Assembly: GCA_030770535.1 (NCBI GenBank)
Contig: JASVEC010000001.1
Span: forward strand, 1,922,001 to 1,986,000
DNA: 64,000 nt
Source: Batkoa obscura
Taxonomy: Eukaryota
Direction of reading: 5' to 3'
Part shown: in pieces, positions 38,714 to 51,526 of the stretch
Layout of the letters: every line of letters starts with the position of its first letter
Position numbering within the stretch: position 1 is the first letter of the stretch
The notes under the pieces: model-generated
Told to the model about the DNA's origin: nothing
Database searches by the model: none
The model's input: the letters and a program-made list of their open reading frames with translations, nothing else
Position numbers and translations under genes: made by a program

Positions 38714-39595
38714 AACGTAAAAAAATCCGTCCTTTATAGATTATTTTAATCTATTTAGTAATATATTGGGGGAACCTTATTTAATTAGCATATACCTTTT
38801 ATAATCTTTAATTATTAGCTCTATCGCAATAAATTATTTATTCCACTTTATTTTAAGGTTATTCTTAGGACTCAAATTAATAGATAAATTAAAAAAATCC
38901 ACGCAACCAGAATAAAATATTTAGCAAAACTTGTTTTTAATATTTCAAATATCCCTGATAACCTATTTCTATGTAAACGGTCCTATTAGTATATTATGTA
39001 CCTTTATTTAATTTATTTGTAATAAAATTTATTAAAATTTGTTAGTATTTTATTGATATTTTAATATATATAATGCATTAGCATTCAAGCTGTAGCAATC
39101 TAATTTGAAATCGAGATTATTCGATAGCTTCATAAATGCAGTTTGTTTTCTATGCTTTTGCTATCTTTGATTTTTTTATACATTTAAACTCGTTTATAGC
39201 TTTTTTAATAGCATTTTGTTTGTTAGGATTTATACTAGTTTTGCATTCATATTTTTTAGTGTTACAGTTATTCCAACTATGTTACGACCTAATTTGTGAT
39301 AATTTTTGGAGCCAATCATTTGTTTCTTAGTTTTTTAAAACCCAATCTCTAGATTTTTAGCTGATTATAGCAGAATTTTATTGTTATATGGGTGATTCTT
39401 TAGGTTTCAATAGAGTTGCAGCAGTTGTAACCCAAAAATTGTTTTAACCACTAAATTTTTAAAAAGGCTAAAGCAGTTTTTGGGTTAACAATATATCAAT
39501 GACTTAATAATCTTTAAAGGATAACACTTTTAATCATTTTATTTATATACAGTTAATTACATAAAATAAACGCTTACGCTCAACAAATTTATTAT

Positions 39596-39876
39596 AAATA
39601 AAAGCAATTTGGTTATCAAAACTCAGGTTGACATTTACTCCTGTACCTTTTAAAAAAGCTAACAATCTGTTATTAGAAGCGTTATCAATAGTCCAGATAT
39701 TTTTAATAGTGTGATAATACGCTACTCCAAATGGTGATAATCTTGTTTTCCCCTTTACTATTGAATTTGAAAACACTTGGGTTTCTCATTGTTCGATTTG
39801 AATTTGATGGAGTAAGTTTATCCCAAGGCGCTATTCGATTACTTAATTTGAAGCTTTTGTTCAAATCTAATTTATA
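39596..39876 (-). pseudogene. Fragmentary copy of the adjacent Kelch gene
   Basis: Aligns with ~38240-38537; 20-bp deletion between AAATGGT direct repeats. Confidence 0.8.
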
Positions 39877-39943
39877 CATCTCTTTGTTATTTAGAATGGG
39901 ACAGCTTTATACTATAATTAATAATACATTATATATGCTCTAT

Positions 39944-40040
39944 GGGGATGTTTTTTTGGCTTCATTATTTTTTCCATTTTTAAGCGCTACTTGAGCGGAA
40001 AGATTGTTAGTAAAATTCTTAAACAAAAAAATATATCCCC
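39944..40040 (+). mobile_element. MITE copy 7
   Basis: GGGG...CCCC termini, CTAT TSD. Confidence 0.9.
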
Positions 40041-40673
40041 CTATGTTCACCAATAATAAGCTTGACCATTAGTTATACGCATTATTTTTAACTATATTCG
40101 TGAATATAGGTTACTATAATTTTTAGATTATTGAATTGTTACTATGAAAAAAAGAATATCTAATAAAATTTATTCTTTTACTATCTAAAAAGCCCACTTC
40201 AAGTTTTTTTCTGTATAAATGAATGAATTTTCTATAAAACAGATCTCATCTCAATCAGTTCATTACAAACTATAGTTGCAATGATATAAAAACCATTTTA
40301 GTTGGAATAGATCTGCTATTCAATTTCAAGAGATTCTATACTCATCTCAAATACGGTCAAGATGGAGCACTTTATAATAAATCAGATTATACAATAATCA
40401 CGTAATAAAATAGTTTAACTCCTATTAGCAGTTAAGAACTAATATAAGCATATTAAATTTTATCAAAGCTTACTTTTTGATTCAAAAAATATTTCAAGGT
40501 ATTTATATTTCAAGGTATTTATATTTACAATTATAAACCTTGATCAAGTAAAAGCATCTACAACAGAACTAAGTATGTTTTGCCGTTTCTTCTAAAAGTT
40601 TTAAATATTAAATTTACTAATACTATCTGACAAGTTTTATTAATAAGACAAAAAAAATTAAAATGTATAATAT

Positions 40674-40769
40674 GGGGATGTATTTCTATGTTTAAGAATT
40701 TTACTAATAATTTTTCCGCTCAAATAGCGCTTAAAAGATGGAAAAAGTGAAGTCAAAAAAAACACCCCC
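40674..40769 (-). mobile_element. MITE copy 8
   Basis: GGGG...CCCC termini, ATAT on both flanks. Confidence 0.9.
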
Positions 40770-41106
40770 ATATAAAGAGATAAAGGCCGAAAAATTAGGC
40801 ATCCTTGGGCACTCAAGTTTTAGCAAATTGTTTAATTTAAATCTGTTAACTCCAAATTGAAAATATTACTAATTGTATCATTATTATATATATTACTCAT
40901 ATTAGTACGAATAGTTAATTGAGTAAGATTAACTTGCATATTTAAAAAGTTCAAAAAATCCAAAGTAAAAGGTGAGTCAGCTAGTCCAATTTCAATATGA
41001 TTAATATTAAATTTAGTGAATAGATGAGTAAATTGTTTCAATGAAAAGTAATGAACACACTTGAAATGTTTTAATTTTTTCAAATGTGTAAAAACATTTA
41101 ATAAAT
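40770..41106 (-). pseudogene. Inverted partial copy of the 3' end of the F-box gene (12540-12877)
   Basis: Near-identical DNA and peptide (HFKCVHYFSLKQFTHLFTKFNINHIEIGLADSPF...) with a 1-nt deletion. Confidence 0.88.
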
Positions 41107-41644
41107 GTTTATAAATAAAAAACATAAATCCAACCTTAAAGTAATCCAAAACCAACTCTAATGTTAAAACTGATGCTATATCTAATTTCACGTTAAATTT
41201 TTACTTTAAATATATAGTACTATAGCTGTCTTTTTATTTTAATTGGGCTTTTACAAGACAATTTTTTTAAAAGCTACAATAACTAAACCCTCAAATCCAA
41301 TTCCATACTTTGACGGTCCAATTAGACAAACAACTTTGATCAAATTGGACATTATAAAATTTACTTAGTGCTAAAAGGTTAAAAATGACATTTGAGGTTA
41401 ATGCGGCGGCATTCACTTAAAAAACACAGTTATAATATCTAATAGTACTAGGTAGGTTTATAATAATATAAGGAATATAATGTTTCTTTATTATAGGTTA
41501 TTGTTGATAACGAATAAAACCATTTAAAGAAATTAAAATTTACAAAATTATCGTATAAAATAGTAAGATAATAATATTGAATACATAAAAACGTTTCCTA
41601 TGATAAACTTAAAATCACCTCTTGATAAACCTAAAACGCTACAT

Positions 41645-41742
41645 GAGGATGTTTTTTTTGGTTTCATTACTTTTTCCATTTTTAAGCGGTATTTCAGCGG
41701 AAAGATTGTTAGTAAACTTCTTAAACAAAAAAATACATCCCC
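41645..41742 (+). mobile_element. MITE copy 9
   Basis: GAGG...CCCC termini, ACAT/ATAT flanks. Confidence 0.88.
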
Positions 41743-41814
41743 ATATTTTATTGGTGAGGTGATCAATTGATGTTATAAATTTACCTTATTTAACGATGAA
41801 GCATTGATAAGTTG

Positions 41815-42560
41815 CTTAAGATAAAAACATCTCCATACTATTAACAATTTCTCTCTTATCTTCATATTCCTTAATAAAATCAATTGCTTTAGCAATATCA
41901 ATAGCCTTAAGCTTAGAATTACGTTGGATAAAATAGTGTCTAACTTCATTGAAGGGTAACTTTTTCATTAAGGGTAGTCCTTTTATAAAATCTTTTTGGT
42001 CTGTTTCACTCTTACCTTCATTTGTTCTAATCCAAGCTTAAATCGTTTATATAGTTTTTGAGTAGAATTTGACTCTTTTTCATAAATAGAAATGGAGCAG
42101 GTTAAAATAGGAGAAGGGGACTCATCGATAATAGACATGTAACTCCAATCATATTGATAAGTATTATCTAATTGATTAAAAAACACTACCTTTTTTTTAT
42201 TCTTCATCGCAATCTTTTCCTCAACCAAATCATTACTAGCTTCAAGAGCAGAGATAGTAGAGTTATGGCAATTAAACTGCTACTACTTATGGGAAATACG
42301 TCATTGCTGCTTCTTAAAGGCTTTCTAGCATTAAACTAATTAGCTTTTCCGCTATCTATTAACTCTAAAAGATCTAGGTTTGAATAGCCCAAGGTTTAGT
42401 TGTTTTGGATTTCAAAATGTATTCTTCCAAGGTTTTCTAAAGCATTGAGTTCTGAAATTCGATATTTAACATAACCATTGGTAGCCGTTGAGCTTTGTTA
42501 TTGCATTTTAATTTTGATATTGAATTGACAAAGTTGAAACTTTAACTCAAATTCGTAAAA
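41815..42560 (-). pseudogene. Degraded gene of unknown family, inverted paralog of 46270-47010
   Basis: Shared peptides LEAS..LV.E, MSIIDE.PS..LTCSI, FKL.LEQMKVRVKQTKK, EDKREI.NSME.FLS; internal stops and frameshifts. Confidence 0.6.
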
Positions 42561-42737
42561 AGAATTCCTAAGATTAATTTCTATGTTTAAATAATTTGAA
42601 AACAGTTTAAATTTGCACCTAAATCTAAAATTACCAGTTGACTACGCAGTTTAAATTTTAAAAAACTTAAAATTTAAACTTGTGATTAAACAAACAGAAA
42701 ACTCAAATTCAAAATCTTTTTTTATTTCAAAAAACCA

Positions 42738-45721
42738 ATGACTGGTAGAAAAGTCCCCCTTTCTGTAGAAGATCTACTAAAGAAGCAAAAAGAAGAGGAA
42801 AATGCATTAAAGGTAACTCTATTACTCCTCACATTCCTTGTCACTAACTCTATTACATAGCCTAAATTTCTTACAAAAGAAGAGCGAGCAGCTATCGCTA
42901 TAAAAAAGAGAGAAGAAGAAGTAGAAGCCATACGTAAAAAACGAGAAGAAGATTTAAAAGCTACAAAATTAACTTATAGCAAAAATGGGGATTGTAAAAT
43001 CATTTTATCATCTTTACGATTATTTTATTAACTTATATCGTGTTTATAGCTACCAATAATAAATATCAAGATAAAAACGATAGAAGAGAACGAGATAGGG
43101 GAAGAGACAGAGATAGAGATAGAGACAGAGATAGGGATAGGGATAGAAATCGTGACAAGAGAAATGATAGATATAGGGAAAGAGATGGCGATAGGGATAG
43201 GAGAAGAGGTGGTGAAAGATATAGGGACAGAAGCCCTAGAAGAGAAGATAGAGGATATGAAAGGGAGAGATCAAGAAGAGATAAAGATTCTAGTAAAAGA
43301 CCAGATTTAGATACTCCAGTCGAAGAAAAGCCAAGTGAAGTAGAGCTAGAAGCTATTAGAGTAAGTAAATAATATATTAAAATAGAGCAATTAAATATTT
43401 TTTTTAGCAAAGGTATATGGGAGGAGGGTTAAACTCGAATCGAAAAGTACGTAAAATTAATGAAAGAAAATTTGTATTTGATTGGGATGCTAATGAAGAT
43501 ACATCCAAAGATCATAATCCATTATATAGTCAACGACATTTGCCACAGTTATTTGGTAGAGGTAAGTTTGCTGGTTATGATGATAATGATAAAGTCAATG
43601 AACCGGGTAAATTTTATGATCATCTTTTACACCAAAGACGTAATGAAGATGAAAAATCAAGAGCCAGGTAAGGAAGATTTTTATAAAAGTTGTTTAAAAT
43701 TCATAAACTTTACTTTATTTTATTTAGAGCATTTAATGGTATTAATAAACAAAAGGAAGAAAAGGTAATGTGGCAAGAAAGACATTGGAGCGAAAAATCT
43801 TTGGATGAAATGAAAGAAAGAGATTGGCGTATTTTTAGAGAGGATTTTAGTATTTCTACTAAAGGTAATTTAATATTATTAATGCATTTATTATATATTT
43901 ATTATAATATGTATACTAATTTATAATATAATTTAGGTGGTAATATACCGAAACCAATACGTAGTTGGGAGGAATCTAGTCTACCTACTGAATTTAAAGA
44001 AGTAATCAAAAAAGTAGGATATAAAGAGCCAACACCAATTCAAAGACAAGCTATTCCAATTGGTTTGCAAAATAGAGATATTATTGGTATTGCAGAAACT
44101 GGTAATTTACTATATTATTATTGAGTTATTACTTTTATTAATTATAAAAATTATCATAGGTTCTGGTAAAACTGCATCCTTTGTTATTCCCATGTTGGCT
44201 TTTATTTCCAAATTACCTTCTCTTAAAAATAATATTGAGTTACAAGAAAAAGGTCCCTATGCTGTTATCTTAGCTCCTACTCGTGAATTGGCTCAACAAA
44301 TTGAACAAGAAACTAAAAAGTTTGCTGAACCAATTGGTTGCAAATGTATTTCTATTATTGGTGGGGTAAGTATTTTAATTATTTAGTATTTAACATTTAC
44401 ATTTTTAATTTATCTCTTTAAATAGCATAGTATTAGAGATCAAGCATATAATCTTAGAGAAGGAGCTGAAATAGTAATAGCAACACCTGGTCGATTAAGA
44501 GATTGTTTAGAACAAAAAATCATTGTATTCACACAATGTACTTATTTAGTTATGGATGAAGTAATTTTTTATATTTAGTATTTTTAATAATAATATTTAT
44601 TAATATTTAACATTCATTTTTAAGGCAGATCGTATGGTTGATATGGGATTCGAAACGGATGTTAATTATATCCTTGAAGCTTTCCCAGTAAGTAATTTAA
44701 GACCTGAAACGGCTCCATTTGCTCAAATTGATAATAATGGTAACGAAACTGAGGATAAAGAAGAACTTAAAATTTATCGTCAAACCATTATGTTCAGTGC
44801 TACTATGCCACCACCTGTGGAAAGAATTGCAAGAAAGTAAATAACGTTTTTTATACTTAATTTTTATAACGTGTATTAAAATTAAAATTAGATTTATGCG
44901 ATTACCAGTTACTGTCACTATTGGCAATGCTGGTCAAGCTGTAGAATCCGTTAAACAAATTGTGGAAATGGTCAATGATGATAATCAAAAACGGTAATCT
45001 ATTATTTGTTTATTTTATAATTAATTGTAATTATTAATATATAATATTATAGTAATAAAATTGCTACTATATTACAAGAAGGATATGAACCACCCATTAT
45101 TATCTTTGCAAATCAAATCAAAACGTGTGATAAGATTTCCACTGATATTTCTAAACTAGGGGTAATACTTATATTATATTATATTGTTATTTAAATAATG
45201 TTTAATACTTAATTTTTATTTTAGTATCGTTCCGTTATTTTACATGGTAGAAAAACACAAGATCAACGGTAAATTTACTTTTTCAAACTTTATTCAAACT
45301 TATTTATTGAATATTTTAATTGTTAGTGAAAGTGCTTTAGATCAATTAAAATCTGGTAAAGCGGATGTATTAGTGGCTACCGATGTAGCTGCTCGTGGTA
45401 TTGATGTTAAAGATGTATCTTTGGTGGTTAACTATGATATGGCAAATAAAATTGAAAGTAAGTTTGAATTAACATAATACATTAGTAATGTAATAATGAA
45501 ATTAATACTAATATCAATTTCATCAAGGTTATACTCATCGTATTGGACGTACAGGACGTGCAGGTAAAACAGGAACAGCAATTACTTTCTTAACTAGAGA
45601 CGATAGTGAAGTTTTCTTTGATTTACGCCAAATGTTATTAAAAGCTAAAGCTTTTATTCCACCCGAACTTAATAATCATGAAGCAGCCAAAATTAAACCT
45701 GGGGGTGGGTTTAATCATTAA
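42738..45721 (+). CDS. PRP28: Pre-mRNA splicing DEAD-box helicase PRP28/DDX23, many exons
   Basis: RD/RS-rich N-terminus, [68 protein letters not shown]. Confidence 0.97.
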
Positions 45722-46039
45722 CTTAGGGTTTAAGGAAGATGAGTAAGGAATGTAATGCTGTAGTATAATCTGGAGATGGTTAGCTTGTGCAGTCAATAAA
45801 CCTTTTTGTTTTTCTAATTGTTTATTATCTTTTAAGTCGCCGATTATATATCATTTTTGGGTTTTATAAGTTTTGCTGTGTACGTTTTATTGTTTTGCTA
45901 CTTTTAGTTTAAATTTAAAATTGAAATAAATGGAATAAGATAGCTTTAAACCTGAGGTTTGAAGTCTAGTTTGATTCAAAATATACCACAAGCCGCTGAT
46001 AGATTAAGTTACAAGTATTAAGATAACTTTTTATAGCAT

Positions 46040-46143
46040 GGAGGTATTTTTTTTTTTTGCTTCATTACTTTTTCTATCTTTTAAGCGCTATTTGAACGGA
46101 AAAATTGTCGATAAACTTCTTAAACACAAAAATACATCATCCC
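46040..46143 (+). mobile_element. MITE copy 10
   Basis: Core consensus present; termini degenerate. Confidence 0.8.
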
Positions 46144-46269
46144 TAAATATTGGAAAAAAATCAGAAAATTAAATTAAAGCAATATATTTTATTTAAAGAT
46201 ATACAACATAAACATGAAAATTAATAACTGAATTTCTTTTTTCGAATTTTTTTATAAACTCAAGCTAAA

Positions 46270-47010
46270 GTTTTAACTTTGTTAATTCAATATTAAACTT
46301 AAAATGTAATATCAACACTAATTTTCAGCAAACTACCCTTGGTGATGCAAATGATCAAATTATTGAGTTTTAATCGTTTAGAAAACCTTACAAGGAAACC
46401 TTTTGAAATCTATAACAGTTGAAACTCGATAATCCCAATCCTATCTCTTTTAGGATTGATAAATTGTAGAAAAGTTAATGCGTTTAAAGTTAGAAGATCT
46501 TCAAGAAACTATAGTATTGTGTTTCATGTGAGTAGTATGGGCTTAAATAGCCATCTTTGCCATTTCCACTCTTGAAGCTAGTGATAATTTGGTTAAGGAA
46601 GAAACTGTTTTGGATAGTCAAAAAAGGTAATATATTTTAACCAATTAGATAACAGTTGTCACTTTGATGAGAGTTCCATGTCCATAATTGACGAGGCCCC
46701 TTCTCTTACTTTAACCTGCTCCATTTTTATTCGTGAAGAAGAACCATATTCCGCTTGAGAATTATATAGACAATTTAAACTTGAATTAGAACAAATGAAA
46801 GTAAGAGTCAAACAGACCAAAAAAGGTTTTGGAGAAGAACTTTCAATAATGAAGATAGGCACCAGTGAAGTTGGATGCTATTTTATTCAGAATAACCTTA
46901 AGTTTAAAGTTATTGATGTTGATGAAGCAATTGAACTTATTAAGGAATGTAAAGATAAGAGAGAAATTATTAATAGTATGGAATTATTTTTATCAGCTAA
47001 TTATTTTTAA
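46270..47010 (+). pseudogene. Degraded gene of unknown family, inverted paralog of 41815-42560
   Basis: Same shared peptides as its partner; premature stops. Confidence 0.6.
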
Positions 47011-47416
47011 TATTTTGATACTGAAGGTGATAATTTTATTAATACAATTAATCATTTTATTAATATGGTTTTATTTAAGCTTATTAACTAGTGTATTTTA
47101 AGCTTATCTCATGTGGTGTTTTTATGTATTAAATAAATTATTATCTTAGCATTTTGAATTACAATTTCAGATGTTTTTTTTCAAATATTATCACTTTGTT
47201 ATTAATAATAAGGCTGTTATAATTAACATTAAATACAAGTCCTACTTTTCATACTCCCATAGGCTTATTGCTATTAAATATTTTACTTTGCATTTTTAAG
47301 TGAATACCAAATCAACATTAAATAGCCTTAATTAGCTCAAGTTATAAGATGCTATAAATTTTAATATCAACTAGTTCCAAACCTTGCTTTGCCTACTTAA
47401 CCCAAATATAGTATAC

Positions 47417-47514
47417 GGGGATGTTTTTTTTGGTTTCATCACTTTTTCCATTTTTTAGGCGCTATTTGAGTGGAAAGACTATTAGTAAACTTCTTAAACA
47501 AAAAATACATCCCC
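47417..47514 (+). mobile_element. MITE copy 11
   Basis: GGGG...CCCC termini, ATAC/ATAT flanks. Confidence 0.9.
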
Positions 47515-47644
47515 ATATTATAAGATCGATTTAGCTACTCGTACAAAATCTAATCAACTTAGATTATTTAATAACATCAGCTATTTTTTCTCATATTATA
47601 AAAGTTTAATAATGACTTTTAATTCTTATTTAATTCTTAACAAA

Positions 47645-49678
47645 TTAATTTTTTTGATGATGAAAAAAATCATCAGCAATTTGTCTCCATTGTTCAAAAG
47701 GCGAAAGTATAGTTGCAAACCCTGGATAAGGTTTGTGGTAGCTAGCTCTAGTCCAAGTAAATTCTAAAGGTCTATTACCATATTTTTCACCATCTTGTCT
47801 CGAGAAATTTCTTGTAGAATAAGCTTCACGAATTGTTAATGAAAGTGAAGCTTCAACTGGGAATTGCTTTGGTGCATCTGGATGATTTCTTAATCCAAGT
47901 TCTGCTAAATCATCTAATAAATATTCAAAGTTATAAACAGTTCCTCCTTGAATAGAGCAACTGGTGGCTACTTCCCCTCGAACTCCTCCCATAGCATACG
48001 TAGTGACTCCATGCATTTCTTGAAGTCCATTGACTAATAAAGAACAAGTTGAATAACAAATAGAATTGGTAACGACAGCCAACTTATTTAATGGAAATGG
48101 AGGTAAAAGACTATCTGATTCATGATTATATTCCTTATTCATCATTAAATGTAATGGGTTTGATCCACATTGATCGTCAAATAGAGAAGTATAATGTGCT
48201 GAGGCACCTCCTCTAAAATATCGATTATTACCGATAAAATCATCACTATTACCAAACGGACGTCCATTTGGTTTAAGCCAATAATTAAAATTAAAAAACC
48301 CTCCATCTCTATTATCTCTATCTGCCATCATTAACATTAATTTAGATGCACGCATATCTGTATCAAAATATCTTTTATCAGAGTGTGGAAATAAATAATC
48401 TAATATATAATATCCCCAACATATTACGCCTCCTCCATTATTACTAACATCTAAGATTAGTTTTTCAGCTCCTTTACGTTTAAGTGCACGGAAACCATCA
48501 CTCGCTTCTTTTAAGAATGCCTGTTCACTACTTGCTACAAAACTAGTAATTGTCATTACACCTGTATTATTATTCACCATCCAAGTTTGTATTACCTCAC
48601 CTGAAGTTAATGGCTTCTTTAATGGATCTTCGCCTAAAGTTTTAATAGCAGAAGTCAGAGGATGATCTAATCTTTCATAAACTACTTTAGGTACTTGCAT
48701 TACTTTAAATTGAGGTAATTTAGGATCAAATCCAGGTTGAGGTGATTTAATTCGGAATTCTTTATAAGCACAATATTTTTTATAGAATTCTTTACTATCT
48801 TTAAAATCCATAGGACTAGAAGCTAAATAAGGTACTGTAATTGTTTCACTGCCTCCTTCTTTAAGTTTGATAGTATAAGTTATTGCTGATTTATTAGGTA
48901 TAGAAACAGTTGCAGTAAATCCACCATTAGTAATACCCCATTTACCACCCCTTTGCATTACTCTAGCTAAAGCTAAATTAATTCTTGAATTAATATCTTT
49001 AGATGCACCAACCATAGTATTAGCATAACGAATAAAATAATCTAATGGAGGAATACCATCAATTAATATAATCTCACTACCAGCATACTTTTTAATATCA
49101 AAGCCCATTTTATTCCAAGTTTCTTCTAAGCCATAACCCAATGTAAATTCAGGTAATATTAAAAACTTTTGACCACCAAAATCTTCACTTACAGTAACAA
49201 TTGGAAAGGGTTGACGAAATATAAATGAAGAAAAACAACCAGAAGAATAACCTGTATGTCCATCATTTAATTGATGAAATAAATTAACTAAATCATTTTG
49301 AAAGTTCATTTCATATTGATAGTTTTTATAGCCAATTTTACGGATTTCTTCAATTAAATCTAATTTCAAGGGTATTTTAGGTTCTGGTGAGGATTTAGCT
49401 ATATCTAAAAATGCATAGAATGGAAGGGCTTTCTTTAAAGTATCTAGAGTGTTCTGACGTACTGTTTCATTAAAGGAGAACTCCTTATAACATCTAATAG
49501 CTTCATCATAAGTCACTATCTGTTTATCAGCAATTAGATAACAACCATCATGAGGATCTGTAGACGAAAGAAAACGTTGACGAGAACTATTTACATTTAA
49601 AAATAAGTAAAATAGAATTCCTAAACTTAAAGTTAGTTGCATTTTGTATTTTAAAAAATAAAATGAAAACTTGTACAT
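47645..49678 (-). CDS. Secreted S41-family (tail-specific/CPAF-like) serine peptidase, copy A; likely start at the second Met (MQLTLSL)
   Basis: 677 aa intronless ORF; LNDGHT, LILDVSNNGGG, TNSICYSTCS catalytic-Ser motif. Confidence 0.85.
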   Translation of the reverse strand: MYKFSFYFLKYKMQLTLSLGILFYLFLNVNSSRQRFLSSTDPHDGCYLIADKQIVTYDEAIRCYKEFSFNETVRQNTLDTLKKALPFYAFLDIAKSSPEPKIPLKLDLIEEIRKIGYKNYQYEMNFQNDLVNLFHQLNDGHTGYSSGCFSSFIFRQPFPIVTVSEDFGGQKFLILPEFTLGYGLEETWNKMGFDIKKYAGSEIILIDGIPPLDYFIRYANTMVGASKDINSRINLALARVMQRGGKWGITNGGFTATVSIPNKSAITYTIKLKEGGSETITVPYLASSPMDFKDSKEFYKKYCAYKEFRIKSPQPGFDPKLPQFKVMQVPKVVYERLDHPLTSAIKTLGEDPLKKPLTSGEVIQTWMVNNNTGVMTITSFVASSEQAFLKEASDGFRALKRKGAEKLILDVSNNGGGVICWGYYILDYLFPHSDKRYFDTDMRASKLMLMMADRDNRDGGFFNFNYWLKPNGRPFGNSDDFIGNNRYFRGGASAHYTSLFDDQCGSNPLHLMMNKEYNHESDSLLPPFPLNKLAVVTNSICYSTCSLLVNGLQEMHGVTTYAMGGVRGEVATSCSIQGGTVYNFEYLLDDLAELGLRNHPDAPKQFPVEASLSLTIREAYSTRNFSRQDGEKYGNRPLEFTWTRASYHKPYPGFATILSPFEQWRQIADDFFHHQKN

Positions 49679-51429
49679 TTTTTTACCTTTATCACGTCAC
49701 TAAATTCATGTGATTTAGGGTTAGCCAATAATAGCTACCCCATTTTAAAACAATGAAAAGTGACTGCTGGAATAATAACTTAATGGTTAAAGTCAAAGTC
49801 CTGATTCAAATTGAATGATTTCAATTGGTATTATTTAGCTTTCCCACTTCATATTCTTGACAAAGAGCTCAATTCTGAGAGAATATTGTGCTTCTGATTG
49901 AAAATTATAACTACGTAAAACTTATCTACATCAAAGTTGATTATTTAGCTCCTCCTTCTACCCTTTCTCATCCTCTAGTCTACATATTTAAACAGATTAA
50001 ATCTTAAATTTTTTTACCTCCAAAAAAAACATTTGGGAGCTTTTACTCCAAGATCTAAAAAATTGTTTAATTTTCAAGTGATTAAAGCTAGGTCAAATAG
50101 TAATCGATTTGATCCTAATTTTTTATATTATACTTATCGATACCCCAAATATACGTAGAAATTGATTTTTGGTATAATTGCTATCGTCATCTTTGCAACA
50201 ATACCTCATATATCTTGTTAATGTAAAAGAAATTTAACCAGTCAATTTGGGCTAGCTTAAATTAAACAAGTTAATGTTTCGTTCATGGTGATGTTTACAT
50301 AAATAAATCGCATCTCTTCAAAAAAAAGGATACCATTTTTATATCATATATAGATGTATAGTAAGTGTAAAATTTAATACATTATTCAAGATAGTTTTTT
50401 AAAAAGATACTTGATTTCTCCGCTTAAAAATCAATTTTAAGTTTTACTATTCATGCAATTCAAAAAAATATTATTAAAATTGCTATTTTTAGTAATAAAT
50501 TTTATTGTATTTTATAAAAATTATTACATATTAAATTTAGTGAAGTTTTATACATATAAAAAATACATGAAATCATTTTTTAAGGATTAATCTACCATAG
50601 TGTTTTATCGAAAATAATATAAATAAGAATTGATGGACTTATTAAATGTGACACAATCACCCCAAATGGATAGTCTTAAAAAGTATTTGTTAATAAGAAT
50701 CCTCAACTTAGTTATACTAGTTGAATTGCTTATAACAACAATAATATTATTACCACAGTATAAAGAATAATGAATGATTAATAGAACAATAATACTTATA
50801 ACAATAACTCATATCATTATTATAATAAAGAGTAAAAACACGTTTGTACTAAAAGATTAAGTTGGTAATATTGTGATGCTTTAGAAACCACAATGCATAT
50901 TGTTAAATCTAACAACTATATCAAAGATAGTCTTATAAATTTTGACTCACTTTAAGGCTCTATAACACACTATTCATTAATAATGAGTACTTTGTAAATA
51001 TAAAGGTAGGGCTTATAGTTTGGTACACATAAATTTTAAAAAAGGTAGAGGATAAAAAAATAGTTCTGATTTAAATATCAATGTATAAATAATGTAACAA
51101 TAAGCTATCATTTATTTATTTATAGGCCATTATGTTTAAAGTTACAGGGTTATTAGATAATGCAGTTACTTTATAAATACTTTTACAGTTTAAACATATT
51201 CGCCTTTTGAAAAAATTAAAAAAGGACCAAACATTATGTTTATTATATAGCAACTATTAATTAACAAACCATTTAAAGCTTATTTAACACACTAGATGAT
51301 AAGTGTTTATAAGATTATTAAAAGGTTTATTATAAACTAGGAATTAGTAGTTGTTTATGTATTATATATAAATTAATCATAAGCTATATTCTTGTTCGAT
51401 GTAATATCAATTAACAATATTGTCTATAT

Positions 51430-51526
51430 GGGGCTGTTTTTTTGTGTTTAAGAATTTTACTAACAGTTTTTCCGCTCAAATAGCGTTTAAAGATGGAAAA
51501 AGTGGTGAAGTCGAAAAAACACCCCC
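51430..51526 (-). mobile_element. MITE copy 12
   Basis: GGGG...CCCC termini, ATAT TSD. Confidence 0.9.

Noticed and set aside
20376..43410. Shadow ORFs (20376, 21381, 26679, 33185, 33230, 37530, 42722, 43066)
   Set aside because: Antisense or alternate-frame by-products of low-complexity real genes such as the RD repeat of PRP28.
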